NCBI RefSeq assembly: GCF_902459465.1
Contig: NC_047071.1
Location: 12,214,001-12,278,000 of the forward strand
Reading direction: 5' to 3'
DNA: 64,000 nucleotides
Origin: Asterias rubens
Taxonomy: Eukaryota
Below, piece by piece: positions 12,526-22,758 of the stretch. Within the stretch, counting starts at the first letter, position 1. Each line of letters starts with the position of its first letter. The translations under genes were made by a program, and so were the position numbers. The notes beneath the pieces were generated by a model, which made no database searches, was not told the origin of the DNA, and saw only the letters and a list, made by a program, of their open reading frames with translations.

Positions 12526-12729
12526 AGGGACTTTTCGTTTTCGACGACGGATGGTTCTGCGACGGTTGTTCAGCTAAACGTTGTCGTTTTCAGCACAACG
12601 AATGTTACATCCCAAGTACTGTCGTAGAAATTGAGGGACGACCGTCCTCAAACCGACGCATGCGCAGATGACGCCAAATGTCATCTTTACCGTCGCAGAA
12701 CCATCCGTCGTCGAAAACGAAAAGTCCCT
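12526..12729. mobile_element. Young 204-bp MITE, perfect 41-bp TIRs, ATT target duplication (PIF/Harbinger-like)
   Basis: TIR AGGGACTTTTCGTTTTCGACGACGGATGGTTCTGCGACGGT is exactly reverse-complemented at 12689-12729, with ATT at 12523-25 and 12730-32. Confidence 0.88.
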
Positions 12730-12776
12730 ATTGACTGTCATTTTATGACACAGGCTTAAATCTTCAATTGTGGAAT

Positions 12777-12940
12777 CAGGCATGGAATTTCATGGAGGCC
12801 ACGGCCTCTGTTGCCCTGGTCTTGGCCTTGGTGCCCCTTCAAAAGTTTCACATGGAAAATTTTCCAATGGAAGTGCCCTTTTCAACATGTTAAAAATGAA
12901 AATGGCAGTGCCCTCTCAGAGATGAACCTCTCTAGGCCTG
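12777..12940. mobile_element. CAGGCCTGGAA-terminus MITE family; related copies 19335-19431 and 48992-49158
   Basis: Shared CTGGTCTTGGCCTTGGTGCCCC...AAAATGAAAATGGC...TGCCCTCTC body and short CAGGC(A/C)TG terminal inverted repeats. Confidence 0.6.
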
Positions 12941-13232
12941 TGGTGTCCCGTTTTCCCAGTTATTATAAAATGACACAGGTATAGAGACAAGTCCTTTTTC
13001 CAAAGCCAATGCCAACTTCTTACTCAAATCGGAGACTCTTCGCCAATTCAGATAAAAAAGAAATTGGTCTGTCGTTTTTTACTCAGAGACTGTTCAGCTA
13101 CCTGCATGGTTTCAAAGTTTGCCGTGAAGCGCTTTGATCTTGTCATTATAGCGCTATAAAAATACCCACTAATATAGTAATCAACCACAATGTACAATGC
13201 AAACTGACCTCATTTAAAGCTTCTTGGTTAAA

Positions 13233-13363
13233 TCAAAGAATTGATGGTAGCAGAATTTGAACCTGCAACCTCCGTAAATGTGTCAGTGCTCTACCATTAC
13301 CAACTAATCCATCTAGCGCTAATGTTGACGATCTGCCTATGTTGTCAATATCTTTGTTCAGGG
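13233..13363 (-). mobile_element. tRNA-mimic family B copy
   Basis: The reverse strand reads CCCTGAACAAAGATATTGACAA...GCTAGA...TGGTAGAGCACTGACAC...GGAGGTTGCAGGTTCAAATTC. Confidence 0.6.
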
Positions 13364-13974
13364 TTTACAGCTTGAATTGATCAAACCCCTCAAATTGTAA
13401 AAGTTCACTTTGAAACTTAGATTTCCATTTGCAAACTAAACTTTTCAAAACTTAACCCACACATATCACATGTCCATGTAGAATACAATTAATGAATCGG
13501 CCACATGCAATGCACCACCAGCCTAACTGTTATTAAAAAACAAGAGTCTCTTGCTCAAGATGGAATAACAAATCAGAGGACTTGTGATAATATTTGGATC
13601 AGAGCAAGGCGCTACCGGAGGGCCCTTGATCACACGTCGTCAGCATTTTAGCTTGCTCCTCTTGCGCTGGTGATAGTTCTGGACCGAGGACTAGACACAA
13701 GTATCCATTTGAAAAACCCCAAAAAGTTATGAATGTCAGTGTCCACAATTTGTCAATTTAATCATGAGGATGGCTTTCTGGGGGATCTTCTCTCACCTGT
13801 TAATAATTTGAAGTGGGTGAGCATAAAATTAAAATGTTTAAGTGGCCATTTATCGTGATATTGATTTTATAGGTGCGTCCGAGTGGGATTGTCAATTTGT
13901 AGCTTTTTCTGGCTGAGCGACTGACAGTTCTAGCGCCAGAGTAAATAGATTTTTGGTTTGGCTACTGACTGGCA

Positions 13975-14106
13975 CCCTCGAATAAAGATATTGTCAAAAC
14001 GCAGAGACGGCCGACATAGGGCTAGATAGCTGAAATGGTAGCACTGACACGTTAATCTGGAGGTCGTTGGTTTAATTACAACTCTAGTAATTTTTTTTTG
14101 TTCAAC
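13975..14106 (+). mobile_element. tRNA-mimic family B copy
   Basis: CCCTCGAATAAAGATATTGTCAAAA...GACATAGGGCTAGATAGCT...CACGTTAATCTGGAGGTCGTTGGTTT...CTCTAGTAA. Confidence 0.65.
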
Positions 14107-14999
14107 ACAAATAATGAACAGTTTACCAGGTCAGTCACCGTTGTGGTTTATAACTTGATATTTGAAATAAAAGTTGTATCCCGTTTAGGTGATGCCTACT
14201 GTATGCTGCTGCTTCCTAGGTTGTTCCCTGGCTATACACGGCAGCTACATGTAACAGTTGTATGGCTTCTCAATGACATCCAGAACAATCAAACACATGA
14301 CAAAATAGGGAAACTATGGTATTGTATCCCCCACCCCTAGCAAAAATTTATCTAGCAACACTTCTGCTTTAGTTTCTACCCATGATCTAATTCCAGAAAG
14401 CCGTTAAGCAGTGGGATTTTGCTTACCAGAGTCATCTTGTGTATCAGTGGAAAAGGTATTGATTTGTTCTGCCCGTTGGGAAATTGAGAACCAAGTAGAT
14501 GTCTCTTAAAGCTGGGACTCCACGTCCCACAGCTCTGTAAATTCATTCTCGGATGATTTCGCTTAATGAATCGATCTTAATTGCTTTGTAGAGAGGCAAA
14601 TTACCTTGGCTGTTGTGAAAATTACCAGCGATTCACGGAACAATTCCCCGAGATCTATCCCGGCTCAAATGTTCTACGACAAACTGTTACCATGGTGATA
14701 TTTCTGCATCGAGATGAATTCTCAACGCTCTTAATGAAATTGGGGAGAGGAGTTTGAGAGAAGAGTTCCGTGAAATCAGATTCTAAGCTGCATTTCCCCC
14801 CAAACTCACCTTATCCGAATCTGCTTTGGATTTTTCCCTCATCGCCATGACGATTTGTCTTGAAATGTCACAATCTCCATAGCGATCGGTTCATTAGCTA
14901 ACTCATGCTCGGACGAAACTCGACTCTTATGAAAAGGGGCTGAAATGAGGGGTTTCATGAAACCGAATCCCGGGCTTGATTTTATCAAATTCACAGGGA

Positions 15000-15087
15000 A
15001 TGATGAGAACTGTTTTAAGATTCACTGCTGCCGTTTTCTTGCATCCATTCTTCTCGCTGTTATTCACGAGTTTTTACTCTGGTCTTG
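15000..15087 (+). CDS. Candidate signal-peptide first exon of CSPG4 (MMRTVLRFTAAVFLHPFFSLLFTSFYSGL + G)
   Basis: ATG at 15000, basic N-terminus then a hydrophobic stretch, and phase-1 donor CTTG|GTGAAT compatible with the 54438 acceptor. It is the best such candidate I found, but the donor is imperfect and the link would need a 39.35-kb intron. Confidence 0.25.
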
Positions 15088-16541
15088 GTGAATCTACTAT
15101 ACATGTCAGCAATTTTTTATTGAAATCCTGTCCAAACGAGAGTTTTTGTGACATCATATCCTGTGCTGGAATTTCCCAAACTTTATCAAGTCAGCTTTTT
15201 GGGGTTTCATTACCACTGTGTTGATTTATCTTGTGACATATCGTTTTGTTTCTAATTAAAGTTGGTTATTTTGCTCTGCTCATCTGAAAGTCCTTCTTAA
15301 GCCATGTTACAATGAAGTGAGCTATACCATGTGACCTCGCTCTAAGTGACTACTTTTTACTGCATTTTGTAGGCGAGATACTACACTGGTCATATGGTAA
15401 ATTTTACATTATTTTGTTATCATAACTACCAAATAAAATCAAGATTTAGAAAAAAATGACAGCTGATTAAGACTTGGGATACTGCCCGCTTATCACATAA
15501 AAAGTTATTAATATTGTAGTGTGCAATTTTCATAAAACGTAATAATACTTGTGTCGACCAGGTTCTGTGGCTCTTTTCCTTTTACAAACATGTGATATCC
15601 CATGTTTGGTGAATTACCTGTATGGAAGAATGCATGATGAAACCAAGGCCAGACAGTATTCTTTATTACAATACCCAAAGAATGGACCTATGATTAAAAC
15701 AGACTCAAACTGGATTTCAATTGAGACTCTACAGTTCATTGGCAGACTTAATTTAGATTCTTAAGGGACCCGAGTCTAAGTCTTGATGAATAATCGATGT
15801 TCCTTTGGGAGTTTCTGTAAACATTGCTGCACTGTGTAGACATGAAAACACATTCAAGAGAGCACTGAAGACTCCATGCACCTACAATATGCCTGGTAGA
15901 CTTTAAAGCAATAATCACTCAAGTCTGTACGTCTGTGCATGTTCAATGAGCATTCTTGGTATTGTTTTTCTACAACTTAATAGAGATCTCGGATCAGTCT
16001 ACTAAATGTACTTAATGTCATTCAATCTCCTTGTTTTACCCCGCTCGGGAGACCCCACTGCCCCCTTTAACGAGCCAATAATCAACATCGATTTGTTTGT
16101 GCAACCATGGACCAACCCTCCCATCATCACATTAACCCATTCCCCCAAGTCCAGGTAGTCTCAGGAGACACACTCTTCGAACCCCTACCCAAAGGCAGGT
16201 AAACTCCTTGACCCGACTGCACCTCAACACTCCTGCTGATGAGGCACAGTGTCCCATATGTGACCTAAATGACCCGAGAGTGTAAATAGAGGAACAACTC
16301 CCAATCTCAGCATGAAAGGGAGTCTGTTATACAATGTAGTATAGCACATCTCAGCAAGTGACACAAGCAACAGTATGGGGCTAAGTGCCATGAAGAATGG
16401 GTCATAGTAATTTGTACTGAAAGTGCCTTTAGAGTAGAGTACTTGATTGATGATTTCGGGATCGTAAACTCTGTGCTTTGAATGGATAAAAATAGACCGT
16501 TCTCACAATGTTATGATCATTGTATGGTTCCTATTATAACT

Positions 16542-16850
16542 GTTGGGTGGCCGAGCGGTTAGGAGCCCCTGACTCAAGCTGTGGTGTTTCTGATCAGCAG
16601 AGTGGTGGGTTCGAGTCCCGGTAGTGGCACTTTTGTGCTTAAGGCAAGACACTTAACCATTATTCCTTCACCCTTCGGATGGAACATTAAGGTGAACATT
16701 AATGTAACATAACAACCCAGTTACACTTAACGCTAAGAGAAGGGGTTTGCCCTGGTGTTTCTGGCAGTGGCTGATGTTTGTGCTGCAGCACCTTGTAAAC
16801 CCATATGAGATTCTTAATAAATTAGTCTTGTAATTAAAACAAAACAAAAA
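16542..16850 (+). mobile_element. Near full-length tRNA-derived SINE (tRNA-Leu(CAA)-like head)
   Basis: TGGCCGAGCGGTT A-box, GACTCAAG, a long variable-arm-like insert, GGGTTCGAGTCCC B-box, GCAAGACACTTAACC body and an A-rich tail; a reverse head fragment lies at 28716-28790. Confidence 0.75.
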
Positions 16851-18092
16851 CTGTCTTAAAAGGTTTCTTGTTTGTTCAAGCCCCTTGAGGTATACCTTTT
16901 TGCTAGATACTACACGTATGTATTGAAATTCAGAGGCGAGGCGAAGCTCAGCTAGCTAGAATGATGCAACCTCAGGTTGTTGAACTGCACTCCATTCTCA
17001 GTTGAGATACTCGGTAATTGCTAATTAGGAAAGATGTTGTCTGATGATGCAATTATACAAGTACGCTGTACTTTTTCAGCTTGTGAGACTACCTTCATGC
17101 ACATTCATCATGGATTGATGTCCAGAGTATAGTGCATTGATAATAGATGGTAGTTTTGCATCAGGGATAAAGAACATATTTTGGTTTTATCCTTGAACCG
17201 ATGTGTATTAAGCACTGTATATTCGGTACTCTCCCGAGTTCTTTGAAGAAAAAAGTACAAAGTAGGCCTATATTGTTGCTCTTACCTGTTGAAGAATAAC
17301 TTGAGTCTTTTGATATGCTAATAAAAAGTGCTGTGTTTATGCATGGAGGAAGAAACTCCTCCATGGTTTGTGTTATTGTTATTGTACAAAGCCAAATTCA
17401 CAACAATCATGACAGGAAGTGGTCTGACTCTGTGTGGTGTGACAAGGGCTTAGCTTGGAGTAATCATACAGTGGAATGTTGTAGTGGAGGATATGTGATA
17501 TATATTTGCTTTTTATTTCTTATTTAAATAAATCCCCCAAAAATAATTAATAAATGAATAAAACAAATACGAAATAATTACTCACATAAACCAATAAAAC
17601 ATTTATGTGTTACTGATTTTATTTTGTAAAATGTGTATTACCTCTAGAGATGATACAGATATTAGTGGCTTCTGTTATAGTGCGCATATCCGCTGCTCAG
17701 TGATGATCAAGGCGCTCTGACAAGATGTACATTTGTAAGATGCCAATTGCCAATTAGACATCCATGTCTCTTTAAACTGAACAGGACAGCTTCCCTTCAC
17801 CCATAGAACTTATCCCTACGGGAAGGGGGGGGGGGGTGGGGGCGCCCATCATTAAAAAAGCCATTTTGTGAATAACCTAAAGACCATTAGGCCTGAGTAA
17901 TTGTTTGTGCAAGTATATGTACAGAGCGAGGACCTGACAATGAATGATTCCTTTTAAAGATAAAGGATCGTGATTTTCTGGAAAAGACTGTGAATTTCAT
18001 CTGACAGCAGTATTTGGTTAGATAGATATTGCTGTCACCAATCATCCTTCAAAAGTTTACCCCATAAAATTGTATACTGAGCCAACCTGAAA

Positions 18093-18255
18093 TGCAAAAC
18101 AATAGTTAGTTAATGGCCTGACGTTTGAGACAGATTCTGAGCTAGGAATCGAAACGTGAGGCCATTGACTATTTTTTGCATTTTGCCACATTTCCTTTTG
18201 GTAGGTAAGCAGTTTGCAACAGCTAATTCCATTTTTCTCAAAATATTAAAATTTG
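18093..18255 (+). mobile_element. Penelope-like terminal remnant with degenerate hammerhead motif and inverted junction
   Basis: GATTC-TGAGCTAG-GAATC-GAAAC-GTG-AGGCC; downstream GTAAGCAGTTTGCAACAGCT is shared with the 45117-45240 copy. Confidence 0.5.
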
Positions 18256-18636
18256 ATAAACTTATATCAGCATGTCTCAGCATGATCAGAGTCTGGACAA
18301 CCCCTCTCCTTGTATTTACCTTTACAGCAGGCCTGGAATTGAACGAAGGTTACGGAGGCCATTGTACTTAGGCCAATTGTATAGCAATGCTTAATGGTTA
18401 GCATATTTTCCCACATCAGCAAAATTTAAGCACATTTCACTGGTTGGCAAGAAATTAGGCGGCCATTTTGCGTGTTCACCATGATTTGCATTGCTACTCC
18501 ACTCATTTTCATTCAGTAAGCACCGAAAGGTTACATTGCCTTTGTGTGCCTATGTTTAGCAGCACTATGAAATGGAAAGATGCCCATTAATACAAAATGG
18601 GCCGTTAAGCAACTCTATTAAATTTATTAAAAACTT

Positions 18637-19326
18637 ACTTGGTAAAACATTGTGAGAAATGGCTCCCTCTGAACATGCTGAAGTAATGTAGTATAAAGAG
18701 GTAATTTCTCACTAAAATAATTGAAATTGAGAAAGACTTCAGGCCTGAAAGCAAACAATTTTGTGCAACAACTGAAAATCAGGCCCTAAAATTATGCCAA
18801 GCAGACCCAAGCAGAAAAACCTGGTATCCTGCTTATTTTTTGCTTAGCAGTTTTAAGCAATTAAAAACAGCAAGAATTTCAGACAATTTAACTGGTCTCA
18901 AGCCAACAAAATTTTAGGCACTATTGTCCGCTTAAGCAGCTCTATGAAGTTAGGCCTAGTGTAAGGGACTATTGTATGGTACTTTGCTTGACCCTCTAAG
19001 CATTTGTGGTATACTGTACTAAGAGCTTATTGTAGTGATTTAAGCAAATGACAGTGTCACTAGGATAATAAAACAAGTGCGTCTCTATTTTGATGAAATT
19101 TTCACTGCTGAGATGATTTGTTTTTCAAAGTTTGGATGAATGTACTTTGGGAATTTAACAGTGAGCCATATACCCACAGAGAAAGACTAGGGAGAGCAAT
19201 TATAAAACATGACACCTATGTAAACATGTACTGTCAGACGTTGTCAGATGACAATTGGATTTCAACTGCCATTTAAAGTCAACCATTGTTACCGCATCAT
19301 CTAACGAGTTCACTGTTACATTGATT
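18637..19326 (+). repeat. Copy 1 of ~0.7-kb local direct duplication
   Basis: Nearly identical to 22057-22758 (offset ~3420); I count about 8 substitutions and a few small indels. Confidence 0.92.
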
Positions 19327-19971
19327 AAATTTGGCTCTGGTCTTGGCCTTGGTGCCCCTTAAAAAGTTTCCCAAAGTGCGCTTTGCAAAATGAAAATGGC
19401 CTTGCCCTCTCATAAATAAATTTCCAGACCTATGACTGAGAACTTTAAAGTCTGAACACTTGAATGGTCTTACATCATAGTATGTAACACTCCGAGGAGA
19501 TGAAAGGTATGGAAGTACTCAGGGCAGAGAAAAAGGTCACGACACTCCAATCAGTGCTTGTCAAACTCACTTTCAAATTAGCGGATCCCGTAGTCCGTGG
19601 ATTCCATCCCCAATCCCATCCAGCCTCCCCCTCTTGGCATCCATTTCCAGACAATTTGTCACCTTTCGAAGTGCACTGGGAAATCGCTGCAGTTGTTGAT
19701 TTATTGTCCGAGCAAGCAAATTATCCAGGGCATATCTGCTTTCCCTTATCCCCTTAAGTGAATTGCGGTAATGTGCGAAGAGGGTGTGAAAACTAGAACA
19801 TCTAAAGTTGAGAGTTCATGTACGCTGTAACACTCATCACAAGACTTACTGCCTTTTGATTAGATTTAGAGTGTGTATGGTATGTCTTATTTTTTACTGG
19901 AAAGCCATGTGAATGTGATGTGCTGGAAGTAATCTACATTGTATCACACACTTAGTAACCAGTGTTCATTA

Positions 19972-20056
19972 CTATAACCATAGCAACCCATGCACTATAC
20001 CCATAGCAACCGGTATACTATACCCATTGCAAACAGTGTGCTATACCCATAGCAAC
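19972..20056. repeat. 23-bp tandem repeat x4 (CTATACCCATAGCAAC...)
   Basis: Units start at 19972, 19995, 20018 and 20041. Confidence 0.85.
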
Positions 20057-20880
20057 AGCAGCTTCTTGGTACCTAGAAGTCTCGGCACAAAGTGTTGACT
20101 GCTTTACTGGGTTAATTGCTTTTTTTTATGTCTCTAAAACTATTGCGCTAAAATAAAAAACTAGTTGAAAGGGTTTTTCCTCTCCCCTAACCATCTTTAT
20201 ACTGGCTTTTGTGAAATTGAATGATCTTTGTAACCTAATGAATATGAATGATCCTATTTGACCAGTGAATGCTAAACTATTGAAATTGAATGATTCCTTT
20301 TGACTGATGAATGTTGACATGACAGAGTATTTATTTTCAAACGAAATCGAATGAGCCATGTGTTAAATATGAATAGATCTTTTTTTCTTGAAATTGGCCA
20401 GGAAAACTTAAATTTGTCTCCTCAATACATTGCAATGGTTAGTTTACCAAATTCAAACTTACCAAGTTCAAACTTTCTTTTTAGGGTGCTGTCTTTTAAC
20501 AATCTCACGTTGATGAGTTTTTATACCTTTGGAAATTACTGCCATGCCTGCTGCCCATCAATTCCCGTCCGCACATACTTGTCAACTTTGATTTGCCGTT
20601 TTGATTAAACCGGGGACCCTCCCAAGGATTAAGTAGGCATCCTCCTCGTTGGGGGTGCAAACAAGTCTCTGTGCAAACATAATCAGAGTAGGATGGCCTA
20701 TATAATGAAATCACAATCTACAAGCTGTGACTTTCTTCTTCCTCTGGAACTGCAGGATCTCCCCTCCTTTCGCCACCCTAGAGTGTCAAGGACATCCCAA
20801 GGGACCTTAAAGGGTTTGGGTACTTCTTGTAGGAGACAAAACACAAACGCCAACAGATTTCCATTAAACTTACACAGTTT

Positions 20881-21157
20881 AAAGATAATGATAGTTGAAA
20901 GCTTCCCTTAAAATTTTATTTGCCGAGGTGCTGTCTCATTTTTGAGAAACTAGTAAAACAATTTTCCACAATCTATTTTAGCACGTACAATGGATTTATG
21001 CAACTCGCTTGAAAACATTGCTCTGTGATTTTCACCTTTTTCTTGAAAACTTGAATACTAATGATGCTGAAACTTCTTTAGGTAAATTATATAACACCCA
21101 TCTCTTTCACAGTGAGTAGGGATTTATGTCATGTCCAAAGGTATCAAAACCCTTTAA
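20881..21157. mobile_element. TTAA-ended MITE remnant; related copy ~30540-30790
   Basis: Shared GAGGTGCTGT...TTTTTG(A/T)GAAA...GTAAAACAAT...TATTTTAGCA.GTACA.TGGATTTATGCAACTC; this copy ends CCTTTAA at 21157. Confidence 0.55.
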
Positions 21158-22056
21158 AGGGCGGCCGCAGGGCAGCCTCTTTGTAGCTGAAGATTTATCC
21201 TCAGGCAGGGTACAATAGCACATCATACATCATTGGTCATGTTGGTTTCTGGAGGAGTAACTGTATTCCAATGTTGACATATTCAATGGGAATAAGCCTT
21301 TGATTTCACAAAAGTTTAGATTAGTCTTTAAACTGTGTATCAATTTTGATTGCTAAGCAAAGCGTGCTGTCTCAATCACAATACAAGTCGCTATGGTAGT
21401 ATTGACAAAAGAGCTAAGAAAATATTGATTTTTTAAGCAAAGTGTGATGTCACAATACAGATCACTATGGTGAAACTGGCAACTCATCTTTAAAAGACAA
21501 ATCTTTGTGCTAAGTGCTTAATAATAAACCAATAAAATGGAAAGAAAGAATAGTAAAAGTACTTTAATCTGAATACTCATTATAATTATTCTTAAAAGAT
21601 CATCCCAATTTGTTGATACCATTCCTCACGTGAGACTCCAGCTAGAGTTCTCATTTGCCAACATGCAAATTCAAACAGTTTCTCTCTCTCTCGCAAAATC
21701 CAACAGAAAACACAACACCTACGATGAAACCTTATTGATACCATCACTGTCTCCCCCTGTCACCCCAAGGCTCTGTCCCCATACATCATCGCTAACACAA
21801 TCGAGTGATCTTTGAATTTTTAGCTTTTGCAATAATGTTATTGTGAACCTACTGTACTTTCCTGAAATAAGGTTAATGGTTTTATCGCCATCTGTGACCG
21901 ATTTGGTTCCCGTACGAAAAGAAAGTGCATTGTTGTGAATAATTCAAAGGCACTGCAGGAAGGCAGACCTTTTTTTAACAATTTGAATGTGCAATTTGTT
22001 TTATTAAAGGCACTGGGAACGTGTGGTAATTACTCAAAATATATATTAGCATAAAA

Positions 22057-22758
22057 ACTTGGTAAAACATTGTGAGAAATGGCTCCCTCTGAACATGCTG
22101 AAGTAATGTAGTATAAAGAGGTAATTTCTCACTAAAATAATTGAAATTGAGAAAGACTTCAGGCCTGAAAGCAAACAATTTTGTGCAACAACTGAAAATC
22201 AGGCCCTAAAATAATGCCAAGCAGACCAAGGTTACCAGCAGAAAAACCTGGTATCCTGCTTATTTTTTGCTTAGCAGTTTTAAAAGCAATTAAAAACAGC
22301 AAGAATTTCAGACAATTTAACTGGTCTCAAGCCAACAAAATCTTAGGCACTATTGTCCGCTTAAGCAGCTCTATGAAGTTAGGCCTAATGTAAGGGACTA
22401 TTGTATGGTACTTTGCTTGACCCTCTAAGCATTTGTGGTATACTGTACTAAGAGCTTATTGTAGGGATTTAAGCAAATGACCGTGTCACTAGGATAATAA
22501 AAAAACAAGTGCGTCTCTATTTTGATGAAATTTTCACTGCTGAGATGATTTGTTTTTCAAAGTTGGGATGAATGTACTTTGGGAATTTAACAGTGAGCCA
22601 TATACCCACAGAGAAAGACTAGGGAGAGCAATTATAAAACATGACACCTATGTAAACATGTACTGTCAGACGTTGTCAGATGACAATTGGATTTCAACTG
22701 CCACTTAAAGTCAACCATTGTTACCGCATCATCTAACGAGTTCACTGTTACATTGATT
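22057..22758 (+). repeat. Copy 2 of ~0.7-kb local direct duplication
   Basis: See 18637-19326; both copies carry the same mosaic of MITE fragments with identical junctions. Confidence 0.92.

Noticed and set aside
17821-17845. G-runs with G-quadruplex potential (also ~36858, ~50120, ~63371)
   Set aside because: Simple homopolymer tracts common in this window; no evidence of function.
20560-20880. LTR-like stretch with TATATAA and ATTAAA
   Set aside because: No defined TG...CA ends, TSD or second copy.
18637-22758. Direct repeats as paired LTRs of a TRIM/LARD
   Set aside because: The repeats start inside a MITE fragment and lack a TG start, PBS, PPT and TSD.
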